A program made the position numbers and the translations under genes. A stretch of 64,000 nucleotides of DNA. It comes from a virus. Location of the stretch: the IMG/VR virus record IMGVR_UViG_3300026097_000010, positions 88,483 through 152,482 of that record, one strand, 5' to 3'. The notes beneath the pieces were generated by a model. It ran no database searches and had not been told where the DNA came from. It was given only the letters and a program-made list of their open reading frames with translations. Of the stretch, positions 46,243-56,472 are shown one piece after another (within the stretch, counting starts at the first letter, position 1; every line of letters begins with the position of its first letter).

Positions 46243-47578
46243 TATATTGTTTGTTGGTAACGATGAAAAACAATTTAAACAACTGAGTAAGTGTTATCCT
46301 AACAGCCAGTGGGTAACATTCAACGACTTCGACGACCTCAAAAAACAATCATTTACAAAACATTTTTGGTTGGTTCATGATGACTATAATATAGTAGAAA
46401 CCTTTAATCTAAATTCATACAAGATCGATAAATGGGATTCTCAATACCATCATGTGTTTTTAAACGATAATGAATATGACGGATTAGTTCTATTAAATAA
46501 AACCCTAACCGTATCTACTAAGGAATTAAAACATAGATTTTATACAAACCAAAAAAAAATAGAAAAAAAAGTATCCTTGCCGAAAAAATTCGATATTTTT
46601 AGTGTTAAAAATTACGATGATTATTTAGAAATTTATAATCAGGTTGATAAAGATCTTTTTTGGATTGTGTTTGATGACTTAACCGTTGTTGAAGATTTTG
46701 ATTTTTCTTTTTATATTCCTCATCATAATTTTGCAGATCGTAAACAAAATCATATCTTTTTAAACGATAATGTTTTTGATGGAATTATACTTGCCAGTAG
46801 ATATAAGAAGATTTCTAAAAAAGAGTTCGAATACAGATTTTTAATTAGTAAAAAAGAAATTAATATAAAGGCAAGTATACCTAATCCTTTTGATATAGTT
46901 TTTATATCATATGAAGAACCTAATGCAGAAGATAATTATAAAGATCTACAACAGCGATTTCCTAACGTAAAGCGGGTACATGGTGTTAAAGGTATTCACC
47001 AAGCACACATCGCCGCAGCAAAGCTCTGTGACACCAAAATGTTTTGGGTAGTTGACGGCGATGCAAAAATTGTGGAAAATTTTAATTTTAATTACCAAGT
47101 AGCAGCATGGGATAAAAATGTAGTTCATGTTTGGCGAAGTAAAAACCCAATCAATGATCTTGTTTACGGATACGGCGGCATTAAATTACTACCAAGAGAT
47201 TTAACAATAAATATGGATACTTCAAAGCCCGACATGACTACTAGTATCAGTAGTAAATTTAAACCAGTAAACGAAATATCTAATATTACAGAATTTAATA
47301 CTGATCCATTTAATACCTGGAAGTCTGCATTTAGAGAATGTGCTAAGTTAGCTAGTAAAACCATACAAGGACAAATTGATGAAGAAACAGAACAGCGGTT
47401 ACAGGCCTGGACAACACAAGGCAGAGAACGGAGATTCGGAGATACCGCAATTCGAGGAGCAAGACTTGGTAGTGTTTTCGGTAGTACTAATAGGAATAAT
47501 CCTGCTGAGCTTGCTCTTATAAATGATTTTGATTGGCTTAAACAAGAATTTATTAAAAGTGAAGTAAATGAACAGTGA
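46235..47578 (+). CDS. Glycosyltransferase-like protein with two degenerate N-terminal GT-like repeats
   Basis: C-terminal domain is paralogous to 45355..46242 (DIVFISYEEPNA, FWVVDGDA, WKSAFREC); N-terminal FWLVHDD...HVFLND...DG and FWIVFDD...HIFLND...DG repeats. Confidence 0.65.
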   Translation: MYDILFVGNDEKQFKQLSKCYPNSQWVTFNDFDDLKKQSFTKHFWLVHDDYNIVETFNLNSYKIDKWDSQYHHVFLNDNEYDGLVLLNKTLTVSTKELKHRFYTNQKKIEKKVSLPKKFDIFSVKNYDDYLEIYNQVDKDLFWIVFDDLTVVEDFDFSFYIPHHNFADRKQNHIFLNDNVFDGIILASRYKKISKKEFEYRFLISKKEINIKASIPNPFDIVFISYEEPNAEDNYKDLQQRFPNVKRVHGVKGIHQAHIAAAKLCDTKMFWVVDGDAKIVENFNFNYQVAAWDKNVVHVWRSKNPINDLVYGYGGIKLLPRDLTINMDTSKPDMTTSISSKFKPVNEISNITEFNTDPFNTWKSAFRECAKLASKTIQGQIDEETEQRLQAWTTQGRERRFGDTAIRGARLGSVFGSTNRNNPAELALINDFDWLKQEFIKSEVNEQ

Positions 47579-48947
47579 ATTAGAACAAATAAAAAACATT
47601 ATTCCTATAACAAATCAGGAAGTTAGTAATACTTTTTGCATGGCAAAGTGGCATCACACAACTATATATCTGCAAACAGGAGAGACACATAGTTGTTATC
47701 ATCCTCCCCCTCACAAAATTCCTCTAGATGAAATTCAAGAGGATCCTAGTGCGTTGCATAATACAAAAGAGAAAAAAGAACAACGTAAGCAAATGTTGCA
47801 GGGAAATAAACCAAGCGGTTGCAATTACTGTTGGAAAATTGAAGAAATGGGAGAAGACTATATTAGCGATCGTCACATAAAAACAGCTAGTATATATACT
47901 CCTGAAAGGTTGCAGGAAATAAAACAAGGCAATTTTGATTATAATATCAATCCTGAATATATTGAAATTAGTTTTTCTAACGAGTGCAATTTTAAATGCG
48001 GCTATTGTCATCCCAAAGCTAGCAGCCGATATTGGAATGAAATTAACAAATATGGTCCTTACGATGTTAGTACAGATCATAGACAGGATATTGATTGGTT
48101 TGATGTATTTCATAAAGAAGAAGAAAATCCTTATGTAGATGCTTGGTGGAAATGGTGGCCTGAAGTTAGTAAAACATTAAACATTTTACGCATTACTGGA
48201 GGAGAGCCTTTAATGCATCGGAGCACATGGGAATTGTTTGATAGATTAGACCGAGACCCTAAGCCACACATTCAAATTGAATTAAACAGTAATTTGGGAG
48301 TAAAATCTAAACTGGTTGAAAAATTAGTAGAGCGTGTTACCAAGCTTAAAACAGAAAATAAAATTCGCAGTTTTAAACTTTATACCAGCATCGATACTTG
48401 GACAACTCGTGCAGAGTATACCAGAACAGGATTAGATATAAATCTCTGGGAACGTAACTTAGATTATTACTTGTCTAATACTGGCTGGCCTGTAACATTT
48501 ATGATTACATTTAATTTGTTCAGTGTGACTAGCTTTAATTCGTTGCTTGAGAAAATTCTAGAATGGCGAAAAAAATATAATACTGATGACAACAGTACTC
48601 AATGGCAGCGTGTAAGATTCGACACTCCTCATTTAAAAGAACCTAGTATATATGATATGAATATACTTCCTAAAACAGAGTTTATGCCTTACATGCATAT
48701 GCATCTAGAGTTTATAAAAAATAATATAGATGATGATAATCGTACTAAGTTTACCTCTATTGAGTACGAAAAGTTTAAGCGTGTGGTTGATTATATGGAG
48801 AAAACAGTGTATCATGATAATAAATTACAAGAGTCAAGAAGAAATTTTTCCAGATGGTTTGATGAACACGACAAGAGAAGAGCGGTTAACAAAGAAGAAA
48901 TTTTTCCAGAAATGAAAGATTTTTTTGAATTGTGTCGCCAACAGTAG
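47568..48947 (+). CDS. Radical SAM enzyme with N-terminal twitch/SPASM-like cysteine domain
   Basis: CNFKCGYC, ITGGEP; N-terminal FCMAKW...SCYH...GCNYC. Confidence 0.9.
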   Translation: MNSELEQIKNIIPITNQEVSNTFCMAKWHHTTIYLQTGETHSCYHPPPHKIPLDEIQEDPSALHNTKEKKEQRKQMLQGNKPSGCNYCWKIEEMGEDYISDRHIKTASIYTPERLQEIKQGNFDYNINPEYIEISFSNECNFKCGYCHPKASSRYWNEINKYGPYDVSTDHRQDIDWFDVFHKEEENPYVDAWWKWWPEVSKTLNILRITGGEPLMHRSTWELFDRLDRDPKPHIQIELNSNLGVKSKLVEKLVERVTKLKTENKIRSFKLYTSIDTWTTRAEYTRTGLDINLWERNLDYYLSNTGWPVTFMITFNLFSVTSFNSLLEKILEWRKKYNTDDNSTQWQRVRFDTPHLKEPSIYDMNILPKTEFMPYMHMHLEFIKNNIDDDNRTKFTSIEYEKFKRVVDYMEKTVYHDNKLQESRRNFSRWFDEHDKRRAVNKEEIFPEMKDFFELCRQQ

Positions 48948-48955
48948 GAAACAAA

Positions 48956-49498
48956 ATGATATTAAAACCTTTAAAATTGGATTATAATTTTGATGTTTTT
49001 TTAAATGCAGATTATAGTGTTCATTACGGTAGTTGTATATCGTACCAAAAAAAAGAACAAAGCGATCTGCATGAAAAATTTGGTACAGGATTTCCTGATA
49101 GCTATCATGAAGATAATACCAGAATACAACAACTTTGGTGGACCGATGACCAAATCGATTATAAAGAACTTGGGAATCAACTCGGAATGAAAGTAATTAC
49201 AGTCAGTACTATTCTTCAACCTCCAGGAAATGTAGTAACCTTACATCGCGACATGTTTTTTCAAATCAATAAACAATATCCTAATGACAAAAGAACTAAA
49301 GTTAGAGCTAACATTTATTTAGAAGATTGGAAAGTAGGACATTTTTTACAATATACAGATGGAAAAAAATGGCATTCGCACACCGATTGGAAACAAGGAC
49401 AAGGATGGCTTTGGGATAGCGAGCCTTTGCATCTTAGTGCAAATGCCGGACTCGAGCCAAAATATACATTGCAAGTGAGCGGATTTTATAATGCATGA
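48956..49498 (+). CDS. Cupin / 2OG-Fe(II) oxygenase-like protein (Asp/Asn beta-hydroxylase-like)
   Basis: H-x-D...H triad (LHRD ... LHLSANAG); start placed at ATG 48956 after AGGA. Confidence 0.6.
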   Translation: MILKPLKLDYNFDVFLNADYSVHYGSCISYQKKEQSDLHEKFGTGFPDSYHEDNTRIQQLWWTDDQIDYKELGNQLGMKVITVSTILQPPGNVVTLHRDMFFQINKQYPNDKRTKVRANIYLEDWKVGHFLQYTDGKKWHSHTDWKQGQGWLWDSEPLHLSANAGLEPKYTLQVSGFYNA

Positions 49499-51869
49499 TA
49501 TATTAATTTTTACCACACAAAACGATATTAATTTTCATGGACCTATTACAATTAATTCATTACCTAAACATAGTTCTTTATTTTTAGAAAAATTATTTAT
49601 TGGGTTTAAAAACTTCGATCGAAATCAAATTATGAGATTTGAATTTTTTGATTCGTTTGGGGGTGATAACATTAAATTAGTGATGAATATTAATTATATT
49701 CCTTCGGATAATAACATATATGTTGATGAACACGTTCTAAATAAAATTAATAAAACAGCTAATGCTTATTTATGGATAGTATCTCCGTGGGAAGCGGTGA
49801 TTCACAGAGATAAATTAATGGAGCATATTAATAATAGTCCTATAAAAAATGAAAAGGTTATTGTCACTACTAGTAATACTGAATATGCTGGAAGTACTAT
49901 CGACGGCGTAAAATTTACCTGTATACATGATTTCTGGGAAGGACAATACAGACATCATATTAAACATTTTTCTGATGTAAGCTATATTCATCCAAACCAA
50001 AAGAAAAAAACACTAAAATCAGCATCTAAAAAATTTTTATCGTTAAATAGAAATCTTAAACATCACCGCGTGTGGACCTATTATCAGCTTTTAAACTCTC
50101 CTACATGGAACGAGAGTCACGTAAGTTATCATTTACCGAGTATTGCAAAAGAAGAAGGCATGGACTTTAAGTCTTTTGTAAACCGTGCTCTTTTAAAAAT
50201 TGATAACAAGCTTAAACGTAAAAAAGTAAATCAATTGTATAAAAACAAAACACTGGATAAATTAGATAGTACATGGATTATTAACCATAAAAATGATATT
50301 ATTCCTTATTATCATGATTCTTTATTCAGTATTGTAACAGAAAGTTTATTAGATGAACAGTTTATTACTGAAAAAACTTTTAAGCCGATGATGCACGGAC
50401 ATCCTTTTGTATTTTTAGGATCACAAAAAAACTTAGAAAGACTAAAGCTTCGAGGCTACGAAACATTCGAAGATGTATTCGGTATAGGTGCAATTGAAAC
50501 TCCTAAACAATTAGAACAATTTTTGAATCATGTTCATAAAACACCTCTAGAAGAATGGCGACAGAAAATCATCGATGTATGGGACAGAGTTGAATTTAAT
50601 TATTTTCATTTTTTAGGTTCTACACACGATTACGAATTTTTTGTTAATGAAATTAATAAAATTACAGATCAAGACAGATCTAAAGGATATTTTTGTATGG
50701 CACCTTGGGTTCATATGAGTATCTGGCAAAAAGGCGAAGCATTTCCGTGTTGTGTGTACGACTGGAGAACTCCGATTGGAAATATAAAAGATCAAGGAAT
50801 TGCTGGTGCCTGGAATAGCGAAGATATGAAAAATCTTCGACTTGAAATGTTAGCAGGCAATGCACCTAAAGGATGCGAACGATGTACTAAATTAGATAAA
50901 CAGGGAATTTATAGTTATCGTAGAAAAATTACCGAAGATTACAAACATCATCTGCCATTAGTAGATACAACTAACGAAGACGGCTCAGTCGATAAAGTTA
51001 ATCTTGCATATTTTGATATACGTTTCAGCAATCTATGCAACATGAAATGTCGTTCGTGCGGTCCGCATTTTAGTAGTAAATGGGCTGAAGATACTGTAGG
51101 CAAACCTGTAATAATACAGATAGATCATGAAGAAATGTGGGATGAGATCGAACAATATATCGATACGATTGAAGAGATATATTTTACAGGCGGCGAAAGT
51201 TTGTTTATGGATCAGCACTATAGACTTTTAGATATGATAATCGCTAATAACAAGCATCCTAAACTTGTTTATAATAGCAATGGCTCTAAATTAGAACACA
51301 AAGGTAAAAGTGTAACTGATTACTGGAAAAAAATTAAAAATAATATTGAATTTCAGGTAAGTTTAGATCAAATTGGTAAAAAAGCAGAATATACAAGGCA
51401 CGGTCAAAAATGGAGTACCATTGAAAATAATTTAAAATTTATTAGAGATAATATTCCAAATGTAGCAATTATTCCTAATCCTACAATAAGTGTTTTAAAT
51501 ATTATGGATCTAAAAGAAATTATTGAATATCTATTTGAAAATAAACTAGTAACTGAATGTAATATAAATTTAAATAATATTTTAATGACCCCAGAATGGA
51601 TGAGTATTCAAATATTACCTAAACATTTAAAACGCAAAGTCGAAGAAAATCTTAATTTATTTTTATATAACTCTCTAGATAACTACGAAATGGAGCCAGT
51701 AATTAGAAATATCTATATGGATTGTATTCCTAAAATTATAAACATAATGAATGAAAGTGACGAAAGTCACAGAATATCTGAGTTTAAACAAGAAATGCAA
51801 AAACTGGATAAAATAAGAGAAGAAAATTTCTTAGAAGTCTTTCCAGAATTGGGTGAATTATATGAATAA
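49491..51869 (+). CDS. Fusion: glycosyltransferase-like (GT10-like) N-domain + twitch-radical SAM C-domain
   Basis: N-half KFLSLNR...HR and SIVTES...FITEKTFKP...HPF...G...LKLRGYETF; C-half FCMAPW...PCC...CERC, CNMKCRSC, FTGGE. Confidence 0.8.
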   Translation: MHDILIFTTQNDINFHGPITINSLPKHSSLFLEKLFIGFKNFDRNQIMRFEFFDSFGGDNIKLVMNINYIPSDNNIYVDEHVLNKINKTANAYLWIVSPWEAVIHRDKLMEHINNSPIKNEKVIVTTSNTEYAGSTIDGVKFTCIHDFWEGQYRHHIKHFSDVSYIHPNQKKKTLKSASKKFLSLNRNLKHHRVWTYYQLLNSPTWNESHVSYHLPSIAKEEGMDFKSFVNRALLKIDNKLKRKKVNQLYKNKTLDKLDSTWIINHKNDIIPYYHDSLFSIVTESLLDEQFITEKTFKPMMHGHPFVFLGSQKNLERLKLRGYETFEDVFGIGAIETPKQLEQFLNHVHKTPLEEWRQKIIDVWDRVEFNYFHFLGSTHDYEFFVNEINKITDQDRSKGYFCMAPWVHMSIWQKGEAFPCCVYDWRTPIGNIKDQGIAGAWNSEDMKNLRLEMLAGNAPKGCERCTKLDKQGIYSYRRKITEDYKHHLPLVDTTNEDGSVDKVNLAYFDIRFSNLCNMKCRSCGPHFSSKWAEDTVGKPVIIQIDHEEMWDEIEQYIDTIEEIYFTGGESLFMDQHYRLLDMIIANNKHPKLVYNSNGSKLEHKGKSVTDYWKKIKNNIEFQVSLDQIGKKAEYTRHGQKWSTIENNLKFIRDNIPNVAIIPNPTISVLNIMDLKEIIEYLFENKLVTECNINLNNILMTPEWMSIQILPKHLKRKVEENLNLFLYNSLDNYEMEPVIRNIYMDCIPKIINIMNESDESHRISEFKQEMQKLDKIREENFLEVFPELGELYE

Positions 51870-53058
51870 TAAACATTTTTGTATGATACCGTGGATACAT
51901 ATGCATCTTTGGCCAGCCGGTACCACGTATCCGTGTTGCATGTCCGATCCAGATCTACCAATTGGCGATACTCAAACACAAAGTTTGCAAGAAATTTGGA
52001 ACGGTGAACAACTACGAACAATACGACAAAACATGCTGGCTGATAAACCTAGCCCGGAATGCCGACGCTGTTATGAACTGGAAGAGAATAACATGTGGAC
52101 CTTGCGCAACAGTTCAAACGTTAACTTCAAACATCATTACGATAAAGTAATTGCTACTGATAAGGATGGTTATGCCGGCGAGGTTAATATGGCATATATG
52201 GATATACGCTTTTCGAACCTGTGCAATTTAAAATGTCGTTCTTGCGGTCCGCAATTTTCTTCAAGTTGGTTTGAAGATCACAAAGCCACAAACGGTGATC
52301 CGGGACATCCTAAGATATTAAAGGTTCGAGATGACATGCTTAATTTCATGGACGAATTAGAACCGCTATTAACGTCTGTAGAGCGTGTGTATTGGGCCGG
52401 CGGCGAACCGCTTATTACAGATGAGCACTATAGAATTTTAGATTTTTGGATAGCACACGGAATGCACGATGTGAAATTGGACTATACTACTAATTTTACA
52501 CAAATGCGTTTTAAAAAGAAAACAATTTTTGATTATTGGAACGCATTTAAAAATGTCCGGGTTGCGGCAAGCTTAGATGCAAACCATGCAAGAGGCGAAT
52601 ATCTTAGAAAGAACATGGATTGGTCTCAAGTTGTTCAAAACAGACGCGACATGATTGAACAATGCCCTCACGTATATTTTGAATTGACACCTACAGTAAG
52701 TGTGTATAATGTATTGAATCTTCCAGACTTTCACAAAGAATGGGTCGAAGAAGGATTATTAGAACCCGCAAATGTTAGAATTAACATTTTGCTAGATCCA
52801 ACCTACATGCGATTGCAGATACTACCTGAAAAAATAAAAGATAAAGTTCGCCGTAGATATGACGATCATATAAAATATTTGAGATCTTTCAATGGCACAG
52901 AAGAAGCAATACAAAATTATAAAAATATACTCCAGTTTTTAGAAACAGACCGAAGCGACGAAATTCTAATGTGGCAATATAAGACTGAGAAAATTGACAA
53001 GTTACGCAATGAAAAAGTGTTTGATGTTTTTCCAGAATTGGGGGATATTAATGTATAA
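51862..53058 (+). CDS. Radical SAM enzyme with N-terminal twitch/SPASM-like domain
   Basis: FCMIPW...PCC...CRRC; CNLKCRSC; AGGEP. Confidence 0.9.
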   Translation: MNNKHFCMIPWIHMHLWPAGTTYPCCMSDPDLPIGDTQTQSLQEIWNGEQLRTIRQNMLADKPSPECRRCYELEENNMWTLRNSSNVNFKHHYDKVIATDKDGYAGEVNMAYMDIRFSNLCNLKCRSCGPQFSSSWFEDHKATNGDPGHPKILKVRDDMLNFMDELEPLLTSVERVYWAGGEPLITDEHYRILDFWIAHGMHDVKLDYTTNFTQMRFKKKTIFDYWNAFKNVRVAASLDANHARGEYLRKNMDWSQVVQNRRDMIEQCPHVYFELTPTVSVYNVLNLPDFHKEWVEEGLLEPANVRINILLDPTYMRLQILPEKIKDKVRRRYDDHIKYLRSFNGTEEAIQNYKNILQFLETDRSDEILMWQYKTEKIDKLRNEKVFDVFPELGDINV

Positions 53059-55264
53059 TAAATCTCAAAAAACATTTTTTGAGTTAGGAGATGATAATTG
53101 GACCCCACCACCAAAACCATCTGGAGTTACCGCGGAAGATAAACATGTTGCTACGTTAGAAGCAATGCAACAATATGCGAAACCACCGCAGAAGAATTTG
53201 GAAGATCTGTCTATTGAATATTCAGTAGATCGTAAAACAAAAATATCTATGGTACTGTGTCCGGAATGGGATCCTGCATTTGTTCCTTATAATATTGCAA
53301 AACTAGCAGGTGCATTAAAGTCTGCAGGATATTTTTGTAAATGCTATGACCTTAATGTGGAAAGTTATTACAAATATAATCAAGATAAACAGAATAACCT
53401 TTTAAATAATAAAATAGATTATTTTCCTTGGGATCCTATGCGAGACTGGCACTGGATCGGAGACAAATATTATAACGAACTCCATGAATACATAGAACCT
53501 ATACTTGAGGATTGTGCTCAAAAAATTGTATATGAAGACGAAGCCGATGTTGTAGGATTTACTTTGTATTATTGTAATGAAGAACCTAGTAAATGGCTAG
53601 CAAATAGAATTAAGGAATTAAATCCTAAAATCAAAATAGTTGTAGGAGGACCTCATACTCACTCCAGTCATTATTATGGTGATAAAATTTTTGACATAGT
53701 AGTAAATGGCGAAGGCGAAAAATCTTTGCTGTCAATTTTAGAAAGGTTAGAATCGGAAAATGAAATAATTGCAACAGATTCGCTCCCTAATACCGGAGTG
53801 CCTGTAATAAGACAGCCAGAAAAGGAGATTACTAATCTCAGCACAATGCCAAGACCTTATTACGGCGATTTTGATTTTAAAAAGTATAAGTTTCCTAACG
53901 GTGCCTTGTGTGAAATTAGCAGGGGGTGTGTTGCTAAATGTGTATTTTGTGACGAAACTCATTTTTGGAAATATAGACAGAGAACAGCAATCTCCACACT
54001 TGAAGAAATAGAACATATGTACTATGAACACGGTGTTAATGTATTTTGGTTCATAGACAGTTTGGTTAACGGCAATCTAAACGAACTTAGAGCATTTGTT
54101 AAAGGAGTTGCCGCAAAGGGATTGGAAATTAACTGGACTGGATATGCAAGATGCAATGGTAAAATGGATCTTGAATACTTTAAAGATCTAAAAGCAGGCG
54201 GGTGCTCTCTTTTAAATTATGGAATTGAAAGCGGAAGTCAGAAAGTTTTAGACGACATGGATAAAAAAGTCACTGTAGAAGAAATGGAGCAAAACTTCAT
54301 TGACGGCGAGAAAGTTGGCATAGGTGCAATGACAAACTGGATTGTGGGATTTCCAAGTGAAGGCCCAAAAGAATTTGAAGATACCTTAACTTTTCTTTGG
54401 AGGATTAAAGATAAAAAACTAGAAGCGATCGCCCAAGGTCCGGGATTCAATGTCGGAGTAGATACTATTGTTGGACAGAATTTTGACAGATTTAATTTAC
54501 AAGATCATTATTATTTTGATCATTGGATCACAAAAGATTTCAAACACAGCATCATGCATAAAATGATCAAAATGAAGTGTTTCAGTATTTTTACAGATTA
54601 TCTTCCGACAAAGTATTCGTGTGCAAAACCACACAGACCCGAGCTAGCAAAACGTCATTATAAAATACGGTTTGACAATCCTAATAAAGAAAAACAGGTT
54701 GAATATAACTATGAAGATTTTGATTATGAAATTATAAAACCTGGCCTTGGCAATTTTGCAGATAGCGTGATAAATGTAATATGGCCCTTTTTGAGAATAT
54801 TGTGGAGAACACGAGGCGGCTATCAATTGCATTTGATTTTTGATAAAGAGTTAGACAGACAAGAATGGGGAGAACGCGGCTCTGCTCCGCTGGATGCTGT
54901 TTATAATTTTATCATAGACGATTCGGGAAATTGGCAGGCAGACTTCAGTTTTGATTATCAGCAACCCAAATACACTGACTGGAACGATGAGAAAATTGAC
55001 ATGGGCAACGGCGAATACAGAATCGAACCCGACACAATGGGACCAGTGTGGAGTCTTATGGAGTTTAGTCAGCATACAAGCAATTCTGTGGTCCGTGCTA
55101 GGAAATTAGCGTGGAAAGGTGACGAATCGAAAAAACATAGAGATCCGCACAATGCGTTTGATATAGAGGAGTTTATTCGTAAAAAAGAATTTTTTCACAA
55201 AAATAGAGATTTAGATCTCAGTTTCAGTTTTGATTGGCAAGGAAACGGTTCATGGAAGAAATAA
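53051..55264 (+). CDS. Cobalamin (B12)-binding radical SAM enzyme (class B methyltransferase-like)
   Basis: B12-binding domain (DVVGFT, KIVVGGPH, GEGE); SRGCVAKCVFC; GIESGSQKVL..M.K; IVGFP.E. Start is ATG 53051 after GGGGA. Confidence 0.88.
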   Translation: MYNKSQKTFFELGDDNWTPPPKPSGVTAEDKHVATLEAMQQYAKPPQKNLEDLSIEYSVDRKTKISMVLCPEWDPAFVPYNIAKLAGALKSAGYFCKCYDLNVESYYKYNQDKQNNLLNNKIDYFPWDPMRDWHWIGDKYYNELHEYIEPILEDCAQKIVYEDEADVVGFTLYYCNEEPSKWLANRIKELNPKIKIVVGGPHTHSSHYYGDKIFDIVVNGEGEKSLLSILERLESENEIIATDSLPNTGVPVIRQPEKEITNLSTMPRPYYGDFDFKKYKFPNGALCEISRGCVAKCVFCDETHFWKYRQRTAISTLEEIEHMYYEHGVNVFWFIDSLVNGNLNELRAFVKGVAAKGLEINWTGYARCNGKMDLEYFKDLKAGGCSLLNYGIESGSQKVLDDMDKKVTVEEMEQNFIDGEKVGIGAMTNWIVGFPSEGPKEFEDTLTFLWRIKDKKLEAIAQGPGFNVGVDTIVGQNFDRFNLQDHYYFDHWITKDFKHSIMHKMIKMKCFSIFTDYLPTKYSCAKPHRPELAKRHYKIRFDNPNKEKQVEYNYEDFDYEIIKPGLGNFADSVINVIWPFLRILWRTRGGYQLHLIFDKELDRQEWGERGSAPLDAVYNFIIDDSGNWQADFSFDYQQPKYTDWNDEKIDMGNGEYRIEPDTMGPVWSLMEFSQHTSNSVVRARKLAWKGDESKKHRDPHNAFDIEEFIRKKEFFHKNRDLDLSFSFDWQGNGSWKK

Positions 55265-56472
55265 GTAAAACTTTTTGTGTATATCCTTGGATAAACGTTC
55301 ATACAAATACTGATGGCAGGTGTAAATTGTGTTGTCATGTTTACACTGAAGATTATGTACAGGTCAACGGAAAAGATGCTATCTTAGGCGTAGATGAATT
55401 TGATGATATTTGGACGGGCGACAATATGACAAAAATACGTCGCAAAATGCTCTCTGGAGAAAAAGTTAAAGCATGTAAAAGATGTTATGAGCACGAAGAA
55501 AAAGGCCTAGAAAGTAGTAGGCAATGGGCCAATAAAAATTACCCTATTTCCTCTACAGAGGTATATAATCCTACACATCTAGAATTACGTTTAGGAAATC
55601 ATTGCAATCTCAAATGTAATAGTTGTTGGAGTGTTAGTAGTGATAATATCTATAAAGAACGCAAAAAAATTATTGCTAGCGATACCATTCCGGATTGGTT
55701 ATCAGATCAATGGAATCATGAAATTAACAGCGTAGAAAAATTCAACTGGCAATGGTTCGAAACAGACCAATTTAAAATGTTCGTAGACAGGGTCGCTCCA
55801 ACACTTAAACGTCTGTATTTGACCGGTGGCGAACCTACCCTTATAAAAGCAAATCAGTATGTAATTGACAAACTGGTTGAGTCTGGAAACAAAGACTGTT
55901 ATGTGTGCTGGACCACAAATATGACTATCTGGCCCGAAGAATTTTATGATAAGTTAGAATTTTTTAACTCGAGTGAAATACAGATGAGCATTGATGGTTA
56001 TAAAGACGCAAACATGTATATTAGATATCCAACAGATTGGGATAAGTTAGAAACTAATTTTGCAAAAGCCCAAAAATTACCTAGTAAAGTAGCACTTAAA
56101 ATATATTTTGTTTATCAAGCATGGAATGTGTTTGATGTAGGAAATTTGCTAGAATGGCTCGAAGAAAATCAAACAAGGCGTATCGATTTTGTTCCTATTT
56201 TTCTAGAGCACCCTGATCAATTACACAGTTCAGTATGGCCAACGCATGTGCAAACTGAAATTGTAAATTATCTTAAATCAATCGAAACAGCACGTCATCG
56301 AGATGCATTAGATAGAATTATTAACTACGCGGTTAATACTGATAAATATTCTGTTGAACAAATGCAAAGAATGAATCAGTTTATTAAAATAAATGATAGG
56401 CACAGAAAGTATAGCTTTGCAGACATTTTCCCCTATCTAAATCAAATACTGGAAAAAGAATGCAAGATATAA
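55252..56472 (+). CDS. Radical SAM enzyme with N-terminal twitch/SPASM-like domain
   Basis: FCVYPW...LCC...CKRC; CNLKCNSC; TGGEP. Confidence 0.9.
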   Translation: MEEISKTFCVYPWINVHTNTDGRCKLCCHVYTEDYVQVNGKDAILGVDEFDDIWTGDNMTKIRRKMLSGEKVKACKRCYEHEEKGLESSRQWANKNYPISSTEVYNPTHLELRLGNHCNLKCNSCWSVSSDNIYKERKKIIASDTIPDWLSDQWNHEINSVEKFNWQWFETDQFKMFVDRVAPTLKRLYLTGGEPTLIKANQYVIDKLVESGNKDCYVCWTTNMTIWPEEFYDKLEFFNSSEIQMSIDGYKDANMYIRYPTDWDKLETNFAKAQKLPSKVALKIYFVYQAWNVFDVGNLLEWLEENQTRRIDFVPIFLEHPDQLHSSVWPTHVQTEIVNYLKSIETARHRDALDRIINYAVNTDKYSVEQMQRMNQFIKINDRHRKYSFADIFPYLNQILEKECKI

